NCBI GenBank assembly: GCA_964016885.1
Contig: OZ024744.1
Coordinates: forward strand, 135,160,001 to 135,224,000
Reading direction: 5' to 3'
Length of the DNA: 64,000 nt
From: Eledone cirrhosa
Lineage: Eukaryota
Made by a program: the position numbers and the translations under genes. Under the pieces are notes generated by a model that did not search any database, had not been told where the DNA came from, and saw nothing but the letters and a program-made list of their open reading frames with translations. Below are positions 1 to 11,600 of this stretch, piece after piece (the stretch's first letter is position 1; every line of letters begins with the position of its first letter).

Positions 1-140
1 GGTTCAGTTAAGTTGGGGTTAAGTTAAGTTGGGGTTAAGATGGGGTTAAATTAAGTTGGGGTTAAGTTAAGGCGGGGTTAAGTTGAGTTGGGGTTAAGTT
101 AAGTTGGGGTTAAGTTAAGTTGGGTTGAGTTAATTTGGGG

Positions 141-377
141 TTAACTTAAGTTGGGGGTACTTAAGTTGGGTTTAAGTTAAGTGGGGTTAAGTTAAGTTGG
201 GGTTAAGTTAAGTTGGGGTTAAGTTAAGTTGGGGTTAAGTTAGGTTGTCGTTAAGTTAAGTTGGGGGTAAGTTAAGTTGGGTGTAAGTTAAGTTGGGGTT
301 AATTTAAGTTGGGTCTAATTAAGTTGGGGTTAAGTTAAGTTGGGGTTAAGTTAAGTTGGGGTTGAGTTAATTTGGGG
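141..377 (+). repeat. Representative 237-bp higher-order unit (15 monomers with three 1-bp deletions)
   Basis: The GGGGGTACTTAAG marker has its C at 160 and again at 397, 237 bp apart. The same spacing recurs near 9.8, 14.3, 27.8, 28.7, 46.0, 57.3, 58.3 and 60.2 kb, with the same intervening variants (TTAGGTTGTGG, GGGGGTAAG, GGGTCTAATT). Confidence 0.85.
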
Positions 378-2979
378 TTAACTTAAGTTGGGGGTACTTA
401 AGTTGGGTTTAAGTTATGTGGGGTTAAGTTAAGTTGGGGTTAAGTTAAGTTGGGGTTAAGTTAAGTTGGGGGTAAGTTAAGTTGAGGGTAAGTTAAGTTG
501 GGGTTGAGTTAATTTGGGGTTAAGTTAAGTTGGGGTTATGTTAAGTTGGGGTTAAGTTAAGTTGGGGTTAAGTTGAGTTGGGGTTCAGTTAAGTTGCGGT
601 TAATTTAAGTAGGGGTTAAGTTAAGTTGGGGTTAATTTAAGTTGGGGTTAAGTTAAGTTGGGCTTAATTTAAGTTGGGGTTAAGTTAAGTTGGGGTTAAG
701 TTAAGTTGGGGTTAAGTTAAGTTGGGGTTAAGTTAAGTTGGGGTTAAATTAAATTGGGGTTAAGTTAAGTTGGGGTTAAGTTAAGTTGGGGTTAAGATAA
801 GTTGGGGTTAAGTTAAGTTGGGGTTGAGTTAAGTTGGAGTTGAGTTAATTTGGGGTTAACTTAAGTTGGGGGTACTTAAGTTGGGTTTAAGTTAAGTGGG
901 GTTAAGTTAAGTTGGGGTTAAGTTAAGTTGGGGTTAAATTAAGTTGGGGTTAAGTTAGGTTGTGGTTAAGTTAAGTTGGGGGTAAGTTAAGTTGGGGGTA
1001 ATTTAAGTTGGGGTTAATTTAAGTTGGGTCTAATTAAGTTGGGGTTAAGTTAAGTTGGGGTTAAGTTAAGTTGGGGTTAAATTAAGTTGGGGTTAAGTTA
1101 AGTTGAGGTTAAATTAAGTTGGGGTTAAGTTAAGTTGGGGTTAAGTTAAGTTGGGGCTAAGTTAAGTTGGGGTTAAATTAAGTTGGGGTTAAATTAAGTT
1201 GGGGTTAAGTTAAGTTGGGGGTAAGTTAAGTTGGGGGCAAGTTAAGTTGGGGTTAAGTTAAGTTGGGGTTAAATTAAGTTGGGGTTAAGTTAAGTTGGTG
1301 TTAAGTTAAGTTGGGGTTTATTTAAGTTGGGGTTAATTAAGTTGGGGTTAAGTTAAGTTGGGGTTAAGTTAAGTTGGGGTTAATTTAAGTTGGGGTTGAG
1401 TTAAGTTGGGGTTAAGTTAAGTTGGGGTTAAGTTAAGTCGGGGTTAAGTTAAGTCGGGGTTAAGTTAAGTTAGGGTTAAGTTAAGTTGGAGTTAAGTTAA
1501 GTTGGGGTTGAGTTAAGTTGGGGTTGAGTTAAATTGGGGTGGAGTTAAGTTGGGGTTGAGTTAAGTTGGTGTTGAGTTAAGTTGGGGTTAACTTAAGTTG
1601 GGGTTAAGTTAAGTTGCAGTTAAGTTAAGTTGAGTTTAAGTTAAGTTGGGGCTAAGTTAAGTTGGGGCTAAGTTAAGTTGGGGCTAAGTTAAGTTGGGGC
1701 TAAGTTAAGTTGGGGTTCAGTTAAGTTGGTGTTAAGTTAAGTTTGGGTTAATTTGGGGTTAAATGAAGTTGGGGTTAAGTTAAGTTGGGGTTTAGTTAAG
1801 TTGGGGTTAAGTTAAGTTGGGGTTGAGTTAAGTTGGGGTTGAGTTAAATTGGGGTGGAGTTAAGTTGGGGTTGAGTTAAGTTGGTGTTGAGTTAAGTTGG
1901 GGTTAACTTAAGTTGGGGTTAAGTTAAGTTGGGGTTCAGTTAAGTTGGTGTTAAGTTAAGTTGGGGTTAAGTTGGGGTTAAATGAAGTTGGGGTTAAGTT
2001 AAGTTGGGGTTTAGTTAAGTTGGGGTTAAGTTAAGTTGGGGTTAATTTAAGTTGGGGTTAAGTTAAGTTGGGGTTAAGTTAAGTGGTGGTTATGTTAAGT
2101 TGGGGTTAAGTTAAGTTGGGGTTAATTTAAATTGGGGTTAAGTTAATTTTGTGGTTAAGTTAAGTTGGGGTTAAGTTAAGTCGGGGTTAAGTTAATTTGG
2201 GGTTGAGTTAAGTTGGGGTTAATTTAAGTTGGGGCTAAGTTAATTTGTGGTTAAGTTAAGTTGGGGTTAAGTTAAGTTGGGGTTAAGTTAAGTTGGGGTT
2301 GAGTTAAGTTGGGGTTGAGTTAATTTAGGGTTAAGTTAAGTTGGGGTTAAGTTAAGTTGGGTTTAAGTTAAGTTGGGGTTAAATTAAGTTGGGGTTAAAT
2401 TAAGTTGGGGTTAAGTTAAGTTGGGGGTAAGTTAAGTTGGGGGCAAGTTAAGTTGGGGTTAAGTTAAGTTGGGGTTAAATTAAGGTGGGGTTAAGTTAAG
2501 TTGGTGTTAATTTAAGTTGGGGTTTATTTAAGTTGGGGTTAATTAAGTTGGGGTTAAGTTAAGTTGGGGTTAAGTTAAGTTGGGGTTAATTTAAGTTGGG
2601 GTTGAGTTAAGTTGCGGTTAAGTTAAGTTGGGTTTATATTAAGTTGGGGTTAAGTTAAGTTGGGGTTAAGTTAAGTTAGGGTTAAGTTAAGTTGGGGTTA
2701 AGTTAAGTTGGGGCTGAGTTAAGTTGGGGCTGAGTTAAGTTGGGGTTAAGTTAAGTTGGGGTTGAGTTAAGTTGGGGTTAAGTTAAGTTGGGGTTAAGTT
2801 AAGTTGGGGTTAAGTTAAGTTGGGTTTAAGTTAAGTTGGGGTTTAGTTAAGTTGGGGTTCAGTTAAGTTGGGGTTAAGTTAAGTTTGGGTTAAGTTGGGG
2901 TTAAATTAATTTGGGGTTAAGTTAAGTTGGGGTTTAGTTAAGTTGGGGTTAAGTTAAGTTGGGGTTAATTTAAGTTGGG

Positions 2980-5900
2980 GTTAAGTTAAGTTGCGGGTAA
3001 TTTAAGTTGGGGTTAAGTTAAGTTGGGGTTAAGTTAAGGCGGGGTTAAGTTGAGTTGGGGTTGAGTTAATTTGGGGTTAACTTAAGTTGGGGGTACTTAA
3101 GGTGGGTTTAAGTTAAGTGGGGTTAAGTTAAGTTGGGGTTAAGTTAAGTTGGGGTTAAGTTAAGTTGGGGTTAAGTTAGGTTGTGGTTAAGTTAAGTTGG
3201 GGGTAAGTTAAGTTGGGGGTAAGTTAAGTTGCGGTTAATTTAAGTTGGGTCTAATTAAGTTGGGGTTAAGTTAAGTTGGGGTTAAGTTAAGTTGGGGTTG
3301 AGTTAATTTGGGGTTAACTTAAGTTGGGGGTACTTAAGTTGGATTTAAGTTAAGTCGGGTTAAATTAAGTTGGGGTTAAGTTAAGTTGGGGTTAAGTTAA
3401 GTTGGGGGTAAGTTAAGTTGGTGGTAAGTTAAGTTGGGGGTAAGTTAAGGTGGGGTTAAGTTAAGTTGGGGTTAAGTTAATTTGGGGTTAAGTTATGGTT
3501 AAGTTAAGTTGGGGTTGAGTTAATTTGGGGTTAAGTTAAGTTGGGGTTATGTTAAGTTGGGGTTAAGTTAAGTTGGGGTTAAGTTGAGTTGGGGTTCAGT
3601 TAAGTTGCGGTTAATTTAAGTAGGGGTTAAGTTAAGTTGGGGTTAATTTAAGTTGGGGTTAAGTTAAGTTGGGGTTAATTTAAGTTGGGGTTAAGTTAAG
3701 TTGGGGATAAGTTAAGTTGGGGTTAAGTTAAGTTGGGGGTAAGTTAAGTTGGGGGTAAGTTAAGTTGGGGTTAATTTAAGTTGGGTCTAATTAAGTTGGG
3801 GTTAAGTTAAGTTGGGGTTAAGTTAAGTTGGGGTTGAGTTAATTTGGGCTTAACTTAAGTTGGGGGTACTTAAGTTGGGTTTAAGTTAAGTGGGGTTAAG
3901 TTAAGTTGGGGTTAAGTTAAGTTGGGGTTAAGTTAAGTTGGGGGTAAGTTAAGTTGAGGGTAAGTTAAGTTGGGGTTAATTTAAGTTGGGTCAAATTAAG
4001 TTGGGGTTAAGTTAAGTTGGAGTTAAGTTAAGTTGGGGTTAAATTAAGTTGGGGTTAAGTTAAGTTGGGGTTAAATTAAGTTGGAGTTAAGTTAAGTTGG
4101 GGTTAAGTTAAGTTGGGGTTAAGTTAAGTTGGGGGTAAGTTAAGTTGGTGGTAAGTTAAGTTGGGGGTAATTTAAGATGGGGTTAAGTTAAGTTGGGGTT
4201 AAGTTAATTTGGGGTTAAGTTAGGGTTAAGTTAAGTTGGGTTGATTTAAGTTGGGGTTAAGTTAAGTTGGGGTTATGTTAAGTTGGGGTTAAGTTAAGTT
4301 GGGGTTAAGTTGAGTTGGGGTTCAGTTAAGTTGCGGTTAAGTTAAATTGGGGTTAAGTTAAGTTGGGGTTAAGTTAAGTTGGGGTTACTTTAAGTTGGGG
4401 TTAAGTTAAGTTGGGGTTAATTTAAGTTGGGGTTAAGTTAAGTTGGGGTTAAGTTAAGTTGCGGTTAAATTAAGTTGGGGTTAAGTTAATTTGGGGTTAA
4501 GTTAAGTTGGGGTTAAGATAAGTTGGGGTTAAGTTAAGTAGGGGTTGAGTTAAGTTGGGGTTGAGTTAATTTGGGGTTAACTTAAGTTGGGGATACTTAA
4601 GTTGGGTTTAAGTTAAGTGGCGTTAAGTTAAGTTGGGGTTAAGTTAAGTTGGGGTTAAGTTAGGATGTGGTTAAGTTAAGTTGGGGTAAGTTAAGTTGGG
4701 GGTAAGTTAAGTTGGGGTTAATTTAAGTTGGGTCTAATTAAGTTGGGGTTAAGTTAAGTTGGGGTTAAGTTAAATTGGGGTTAAATTAAGTTGGGGTTAA
4801 GTTAAGTTGGGGCTAAATTAAGTTTGGGTTAATTAAGTTGGGGTTAAGTTAAGTTGGGGTTAAGTTAAGTTGGGGTTAAGTTAAGTTGGGGGTAAGTTAA
4901 GTTGGTGGTAAGTTAAGTTGGGGGTAAGTTAAGATGGGGTTAAGTTAAGTCGGGGTTAAGTTAATTTGGGGTTAAGTTAGGGTTAAGTTAAGTTGGGGTT
5001 GAGTTAAGTTGGGGTTAAGTTAAGTTGGGGTTATGTTAAGTTGGGGTTAAATTAAGTTGGGGTTAAGTTAAGTTGGGGTTAAGTTAAGTTGGTGTTAAGT
5101 TAAGTTGGGGCTAAGTTAAGTTGGGGTTAAGTTAAGTTGGGGTTGAGTTAAGTTGGGGTTCAGTTAAGTTGGGGTTAAGTTAAGTTGGGGTTAAGATGGG
5201 GTTAAATTAAGTTGGGGTTAAGTTAAGTTGGGGTTAAGTTAAGTTGGGGTTAAGTTAAGTTGGGGTTAAGTTAAGTCGGGGTTAAGTTAAGTCGGGGTTA
5301 AGTTAAGTTAGGGTTAAGTTAAGTTGGAGTTAAGTTAAGTTGGGGTTGAATTAAGTTGGGGTTGAGTTAAATTGGGGTGGAGTTAAGTTGGGGTTGCGTT
5401 AAGTTGGTGTTGAGTTAAGTTGGGGTTAAGTTAAGTTGGGGTTAAGTTAAGTTAGGGTTAAGTTAAGTTGGTGTTAAGTTAAGTTGGGGCTAAGTTAAGT
5501 TGGGGCTGAGTTAAGTTGGGGCTGAGTTAAGTTGGGGTTAAGTTAAGTTGGGGTTGAGTTAAGTTGGGGTTAAGTTAAGTTTGGGTTAAGTTAAGTTGGG
5601 GTTAAGTTAAGTTGGGGTTAAGTTAAGTTGGGGTTTAGTTAAGTTGGGGTTCAGTTAAGTTGGGGTTAAGTTAAGTTTGGGTTAAGTTGGGGTTAAATTA
5701 AGTTGGGGTTAAGTTAAGTTGGGGTTTAGTTAAGTTGGGGTTAAGTTAAGTTGGGGTTAATTTAAGTTGGGGTTAAGTTAAGTTGCGGGTAATTTAAGTT
5801 GGGGTTAAGTTAAGTTGGGTTTAAGTTGAGTTGGGGTTGAGTTAATTTGGGGTTAACTTAAGTTGGGGGTACTTAAGGTGGGTTTAAGTTAAGTGGGGTT

Positions 5901-8650
5901 AAGTTAAGTTGGGGTTAAGTTAAGTTGGGGTTAAGTTAAGTTGGGGTTAAGTTAGGTTGTGGTTAAGTTAAGTTGGGGGTAAGTTAAGTTGGGGGTAAGT
6001 TAAGTTGCGGTTAATTTAAGTTGGGTCTAATTAAGTTGGGGTTAAGTTAAGTTGGGGTTAAGTTAAGTTGGGGTTGAGTTAATTTGGGGTTAACTTAAGT
6101 TGGGGGTACTTAAGTTGGATTTAAGATAAGTCGGGTTAAATTAAGTTGGGGTTAAGTTAAGTTGGTGTTAAGTTAAGTTGGGGGTAAGTTAAGTTGGTGG
6201 TAAGTTAAGTTGGGGGTAAGTTAAGGTGGGGTTAAGTTAAGTTGGGGTTAAGTTAATTTGGGGTTAAGTTATGGTTAAGTTAAGTTGGGGTTGAGTTAAT
6301 TTGGGGTTAAGTTAAGTTGGGGTTATGTTAAGTTGGGGTTAAGTTAAGTTGGGGTTAAGTTGAGTTGGGGTTCAGTTAAGTTGCGGTTAATTTAAGTAGG
6401 GGTTAAGTTAAGTTGGGGTTAATTTAAGTTGGGGTTAAGTTAAGTTGGGGTTAATTTAAGTTGGGGTTAAGTTAAGTTGGGGATAAGTTAAGTTGGGGTT
6501 AAGTTAAGTTGGGGGTAAGTTAAGTTGGGGGTAAGTTAAGTTGGGGTTAATTTAAGTTGGGTCTAATTAAGTTGGGGTTAAGTTAAGTTGGGGTTAAGTT
6601 AAGTTGGGGTTGAGTTAATTTGGGCTTAACTTAAGTTGGGGGTACTTAAGTTGGGTTTAAGTTAAGTGGGGTTAAGTTAAGTTGGGGTTAAGTTAAGTTG
6701 GGGTTAAGTTAAGTTGGGGGTAAGTTAAGTTGAGGGTAAGTTAAGTTGGGGTTAATTTAAGTTGGGTCAAATTAAGTTGGGGTTAAGTTAAGTTGGAGTT
6801 AAGTTAAGTTGGGGTTAAATTAAGTTGGGGTTAAGTTAAGTTGGGGTTAAATTAAGTTGGAGCTAAGTTAAGTTGGGGTTAAGTTAAGTTGGGGTTAAGT
6901 TAAGTTGGGGGTAAGTTAAGTTGGTGGTAAGTTAAGTTGGGGGTAATTTAAGATGGGGTTAAGTTAAGTTGGGGTTAAGTTAATTTGGGGTTAAGTTAGG
7001 GTTAAGTTAAGTTGGGTTGATTTAAGTTGGGGTTAAGTTAAGTTGGGGTTATGTTAAGTTGGGGTTAAGTTAAGTTGGGGTTAAGTTGAGTTGGGGTTCA
7101 GTTAAGTTGCGGTTAAGTTAAGTTGGGGTTAAGTTAAGTTGGGGTTAAGTTAAGTTGGGGTTACTTTAAGTTGGGGTTAAGTTAAGTTGGGGTTAATTTA
7201 AGTTGGGGTTAAGTTAAGTTGGGGTTAAGTTAAGTTGCGGTTAAATTAAGTTGGGGTTAAGTTAATTTGGGGTTAAGTTAAGTTGGGGTTAAGATAAGTT
7301 GGGGTTAAGTTAAGTAGGGGTTGAGTTAAGTTGGGGTTGAGTTAATTTGGGGTTAACTTAAGTTGGGGGTACTTAAGTTGGGTTTAAGTTAAGTGGGGTT
7401 AAGTTAAGTTGGGGTTAAGTTAAGTTGGGGTTAAGTTAGGATGTGGTTAAGTTAAGTTGGGGTAAGTTAAGTTGGGGGTAAGTTAAGTTGGGGTTAATTT
7501 AAGTTGGGTCTAATTAAGTTGGGGTTAAGTTAAGTTGGGGTTAAGTTAAATTGGGGTTAAATTAAGTTGGGGTTAAGTTAAGTTGGGGCTAAATTAAGTT
7601 TGGGTTAATTAAGTTGGGGTTAAGTTAAGTTGGGGTTAAGTTAAGTTGGGGGTAAGTTAAGTTGGTGGTAAGTTAAGTTGGGGGTAAGTTAAGATGGGGT
7701 TAAGTTAAGTCGGGGTTAAGTTAATTTGGGGTTAAGTTAGGGTTAAGTTAAGTTGGGGTTGAGTTAAGTTGGGGTTAAGTTAAGTTGGGGTTATGTTAAG
7801 TTGGGGTTAAATTAAGTTGGGGTTAAGTTAAGTTGGGGTTAAGTTAAGTTGGTGTTAAGTTAAGTTGGGGCTAAGTTAAGTTGGGGCTGAGTTAAGTTGG
7901 GGCTGAGTTAAGTTGGGGTTAAGTTAAGTTGGGGTTAAGTTAAGTTGGGGTTAAGTTAAGTTGGGGTTAAGTTAAGTTGGGGTTGAGTTAAGTTGGGGTT
8001 CAGTTAAGTTGGGGTTAAGTTAAGTTGGGGTTAAGATGGGGTTAAATTAAGTTGGGGTTAAGTTAAGTTGGGGTTAAGTTAAGTTGGGGTTAAGTTAAGT
8101 TGGGGTTAAGTTAAGTCGGGGTTAAGTTAAGTCGGGGTTAAGTTAAGTTAGGGTTAAGTTAAGTTGGAGTTAAGTTAAGTTGGGGTTGAGTTAAGTTGGG
8201 GTTGAGTTAAATTGGGGTGGAGTTAAGTTGGGGTTGCGTTAAGTTGGTGTTGAGTTAAGTTGGGGTTAAGTTAAGTTGGGGTTAAGTTAAGTTAGGGTTA
8301 AGTTAAGTTGGTGTTAAGTTAAGTTGGGGCTAAGTTAAGTTGGGGCTGAGTTAAGTTGGGGCTGAGTTAAGTTTGGGTTAAGTTAAGTTGGGGTTGAGTT
8401 AAGTTGGGGTTAAGTTAAGTTTGGGTTAAGTTAAGTTGGGGTTAAGTTAAGTTGGGGTTAAGTTAAGTTGGGGTTTAGTTAAGTTGGGGTTCAGTTAAGT
8501 TGGGGTTAAGTTAAGTTTGGGTTAAGTTGGGGTTAAATTAAGTTGGGGTTAAGTTAAGTTGGGGTTTAGTTAAGTTGGGGTTAAGTTAAGTTGGGGTTAA
8601 TTTAAGTTGGGGTTAAGTTAAGTTGCGGGTAATTTAAGTTGGGGTTAAGT
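2980..8650 (+). repeat. Imperfect tandem duplication of about 2.8 kb (period 2776-2840 bp)
   Basis: TACTTAAGGTGGG at 3101/5877, TTGGATTTAAG at 3343/6119 and TTTGGGCTTAAC at 3849/6625 all give offset 2776. GGTTGCGTT at 5397/8237 gives offset 2840, which is four more monomers. Confidence 0.85.
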
Positions 8651-11600
8651 TAAGTTGGGGTTAAATTAAGTTGGAGTTAAGTTAAGTTGGGGTTAAGTTA
8701 AGTTGGGGTTAAGTTAAGTTGGGGGTAAGTTAAGTTGGTGGTAAGTTAAGTTGGGGGTAAGTTAAGATGGGGTTAAGTTAAGTTGGGGTTAAATTAAGTT
8801 GGGGTTAAATTAAGTTGGGGTTAAGTTAAGTCGGGGGTAAGTTAAGTTGGGGGCAAGTTAAGTTGGGGTTAAGTTAAGTTGGGGTTAAATTAAGTTGGGG
8901 TTAAGTTAAGTTGGGGTTAAGTTAACTGGTGGTTATGTTAAGTTGGGGTTAAGTTAATTTGGGGTTAAGTTAGGGTTAAGTTAAGTTGGGGTTGAGTTAA
9001 GTTGGGGTTAAGTTAAGTTGGGGTTAAGTTAAGTTGGGGTAAATTTAAGTTGGGGTTAAGTTAAGTTGGGGTTAAGTTAAGTTGGGGTTAAGTTAAGTTG
9101 GGGTTAAGTTAAGTTGGGGTTAAATTAAGTTGGGGTTAAGTTAATTTAGGGTTAAGTTATGGTTTAGTTAAGTTGGGGTTGAGTTAAGTTGGGGTTAAGT
9201 TAAGTTGGGGTTATGTTAAGATGGGGTTAAGTTAAGTTGGAGTTAAGTTGAGTTGGGGTTCAGTTAAGTTGCGGTTAATTTAAGTTGGGGTTAAGTTAAG
9301 TTGGGGTTAAGTTAAGTTGGGGTTAAGTTAAGTTGGGGTTAATTTAAGTTGGGGTTAAGTTAAGTTGGGGTTAAGTTAAGTTGGGGTTAATTTAAGTTGG
9401 GGTTAAGTTAAGTTGGGGTTAAATTAAGTTGGGGTTAAGTTAAGTTGGGGTTAAGTTAAGTTGGGGTTAAATTAAGTTGGGGTTAAAGTAAGTTGGGGTT
9501 AAGTTAAGTTGGGGGTAAGTTAAGTTGGGGGCAAGTTAAGTTGGGGTTAAGTTAAGTTGGGGTTAAATTAAGTTGGGGTTAAGTTAAGTTGGGGTTAAGT
9601 TAAGTTGGGGTTAAGTTAAGTTGGGGTTAAGTTAAATTGGCGTTAAGTTAAGTTGGGGTAAAGTTAAGTTGGGGTTAATTTAAGTTGGGGTTAAGTTAAG
9701 GCGGGGTTAAGTTGAGTTGGGGTTAAGTTAAGTTGGGGTTAAGTTAAGTTGGGTTGAGTTAATTTGGGGTTAACTTAAGTTGGGGGTACTTAAGTTGGGT
9801 TTAAGTTAAGTGGGGTTAAGTTAAGTTGGGGTTAAGTTAAGTTGGGGTTAAGTTAAGTTGGGGTTAAGTTAGGTTGTCGTTAAGTTAAGTTGGGGGTAAG
9901 TTAAGTTGGGTGTAAGTTAAGTTGGGGTTAATTTAAGTTGGGTCTAATTAAGTTGGGGTTAAGTTAAGTTGGGGTTAAGTTAAGTTGGGGTTGAGTTAAT
10001 TTGGGGTTAACTTAAGTTGGGGGTACTTAAGTTGGGTTTAAGTTATGTGGGGTTAAGTTAAGTTGGGGTTAAGTTAAGTTGGGGTTAAGTTAAGTTGGGG
10101 GTAAGTTAAGTTGAGGGTAAGTTAAGTTGGGGTTGAGTTAATTTGGGGTTAAGTTAAGTTGGGGTTATGTTAAGTTGGGGTTAAGGTAAGTTGGGGTTAA
10201 GTTGAGTTGGGGTTCAGTTAAGTTGCGGTTAATTTAAGTAGGGGTTAAGTTAAGTTGGGGTTAATTTAAGTTGGGGTTAAGTTAAGTTGGGCTTAATTTA
10301 AGTTGGGGTTAAGTTAAGTTGGGGTTAAGTTAAGTTGGGGTTAAGTTAAGTTGGGGTTAAGTTAAGTTGGGGTTAAATTAAATTGGGGTTAAGTTAAGTT
10401 GGGGTTAAGTTAAGTTGGGGTTAAGATAAGTTGGGGTTAAGTTAAGTTGGGGTTGAGTTAAGTTGGAGTTGAGTTAATTTGGGGTTAACTTAAGTTGGGG
10501 GTACTTAAGTTGGGTTTAAGTTAAGTGGAGTTAAGTTAAGTTGGGGTTAAGTTAAGTTGGGGTTAAGTTAAGTTGGGGTTAAGTTAGGTTGTGGTTAAGT
10601 TAAGTTGGGGGTAAGTTAAGTTGGGGGTAATTTAAGTTGGGGTTAAGTTAAGTTGGGGGTAAGTTAAGTTGGTGGTAAGTTAAGTTGGGGGTAAGTTAAG
10701 GTGGGGTTAAGTTAAGTTGGGGTTAAGTTAATTTGGGGTTAAGTTATGGTTAAGTTAAGTTGGGGTTGAGTTAATTTGGGGTTAAGTTAAGTTGGGGTTA
10801 TGTTAAGTTGGGGTTAAGTTAAGTTGGGGTTAAGTTGAGTTGGGGTTCAGATAAGTTGCGGTTAATTTAAGTAGGGGTTAAGTTAAGTTGGGGTTAATTT
10901 AAGTTGGGGTTAAGTTAAGCTGGGGTTAATTTAAGTTGGGGTTAAGTTAAGTTGGGGATAAGTTAAGTTGGGGTTAAGTTAAGTTGGGGGTAAGTTAAGT
11001 TGGGGGTAAGTTAAGTTGGGGTTAATTTAAGTTGGGTCTAATTAAGTTGGGGTTAAGTTAAGTTGGGGTTAAGTTAAGTTGGGGTTGAGTTAATTTGGGC
11101 TTAACTTAAGTTGGGGGTACTTAAGTTGGGTTTAAGTTAAGTGGGGTTAAGTTAAGTTGGGGTTAAGTTAAGTTGGGGTTAAGTTAAGTTGGGGGTAAGT
11201 TAAGTTGAGGGTAAGTTAAGTTGGGGTTAATTTAAGTTGGGTCAAATTAAGTTGGGGTTAAGTTAAGTTGGAGTTAAGTTAAGTTGGGGTTAAATTAAGT
11301 TGGGGTTAAGTTAAGTTGGGGTTAAATTAAGTTGGAGTTAAGTTAAGTTGGGGTTAAGTTAAGTTGGGGTTAAGTTAAGTTGGGGGTAAGTTAAGTTGGT
11401 GGTAAGTTAAGTTGGGGGTAATTTAAGATGGGGTTAAGTTAAGTTGGGGTTAAGTTAATTTGGGGTTAAGTTAGGGTTAAGTTAAGTTGGGTTGATTTAA
11501 GTTGGGGTTAAGTTAAGTTGGGGTTATGTTAAGTTGGGGTTAAGTTAAGTTGGGGTTAAGTTGAGTTGGGGTTCAGTTAAGTTGCGGTTAAGTTAAGTTG

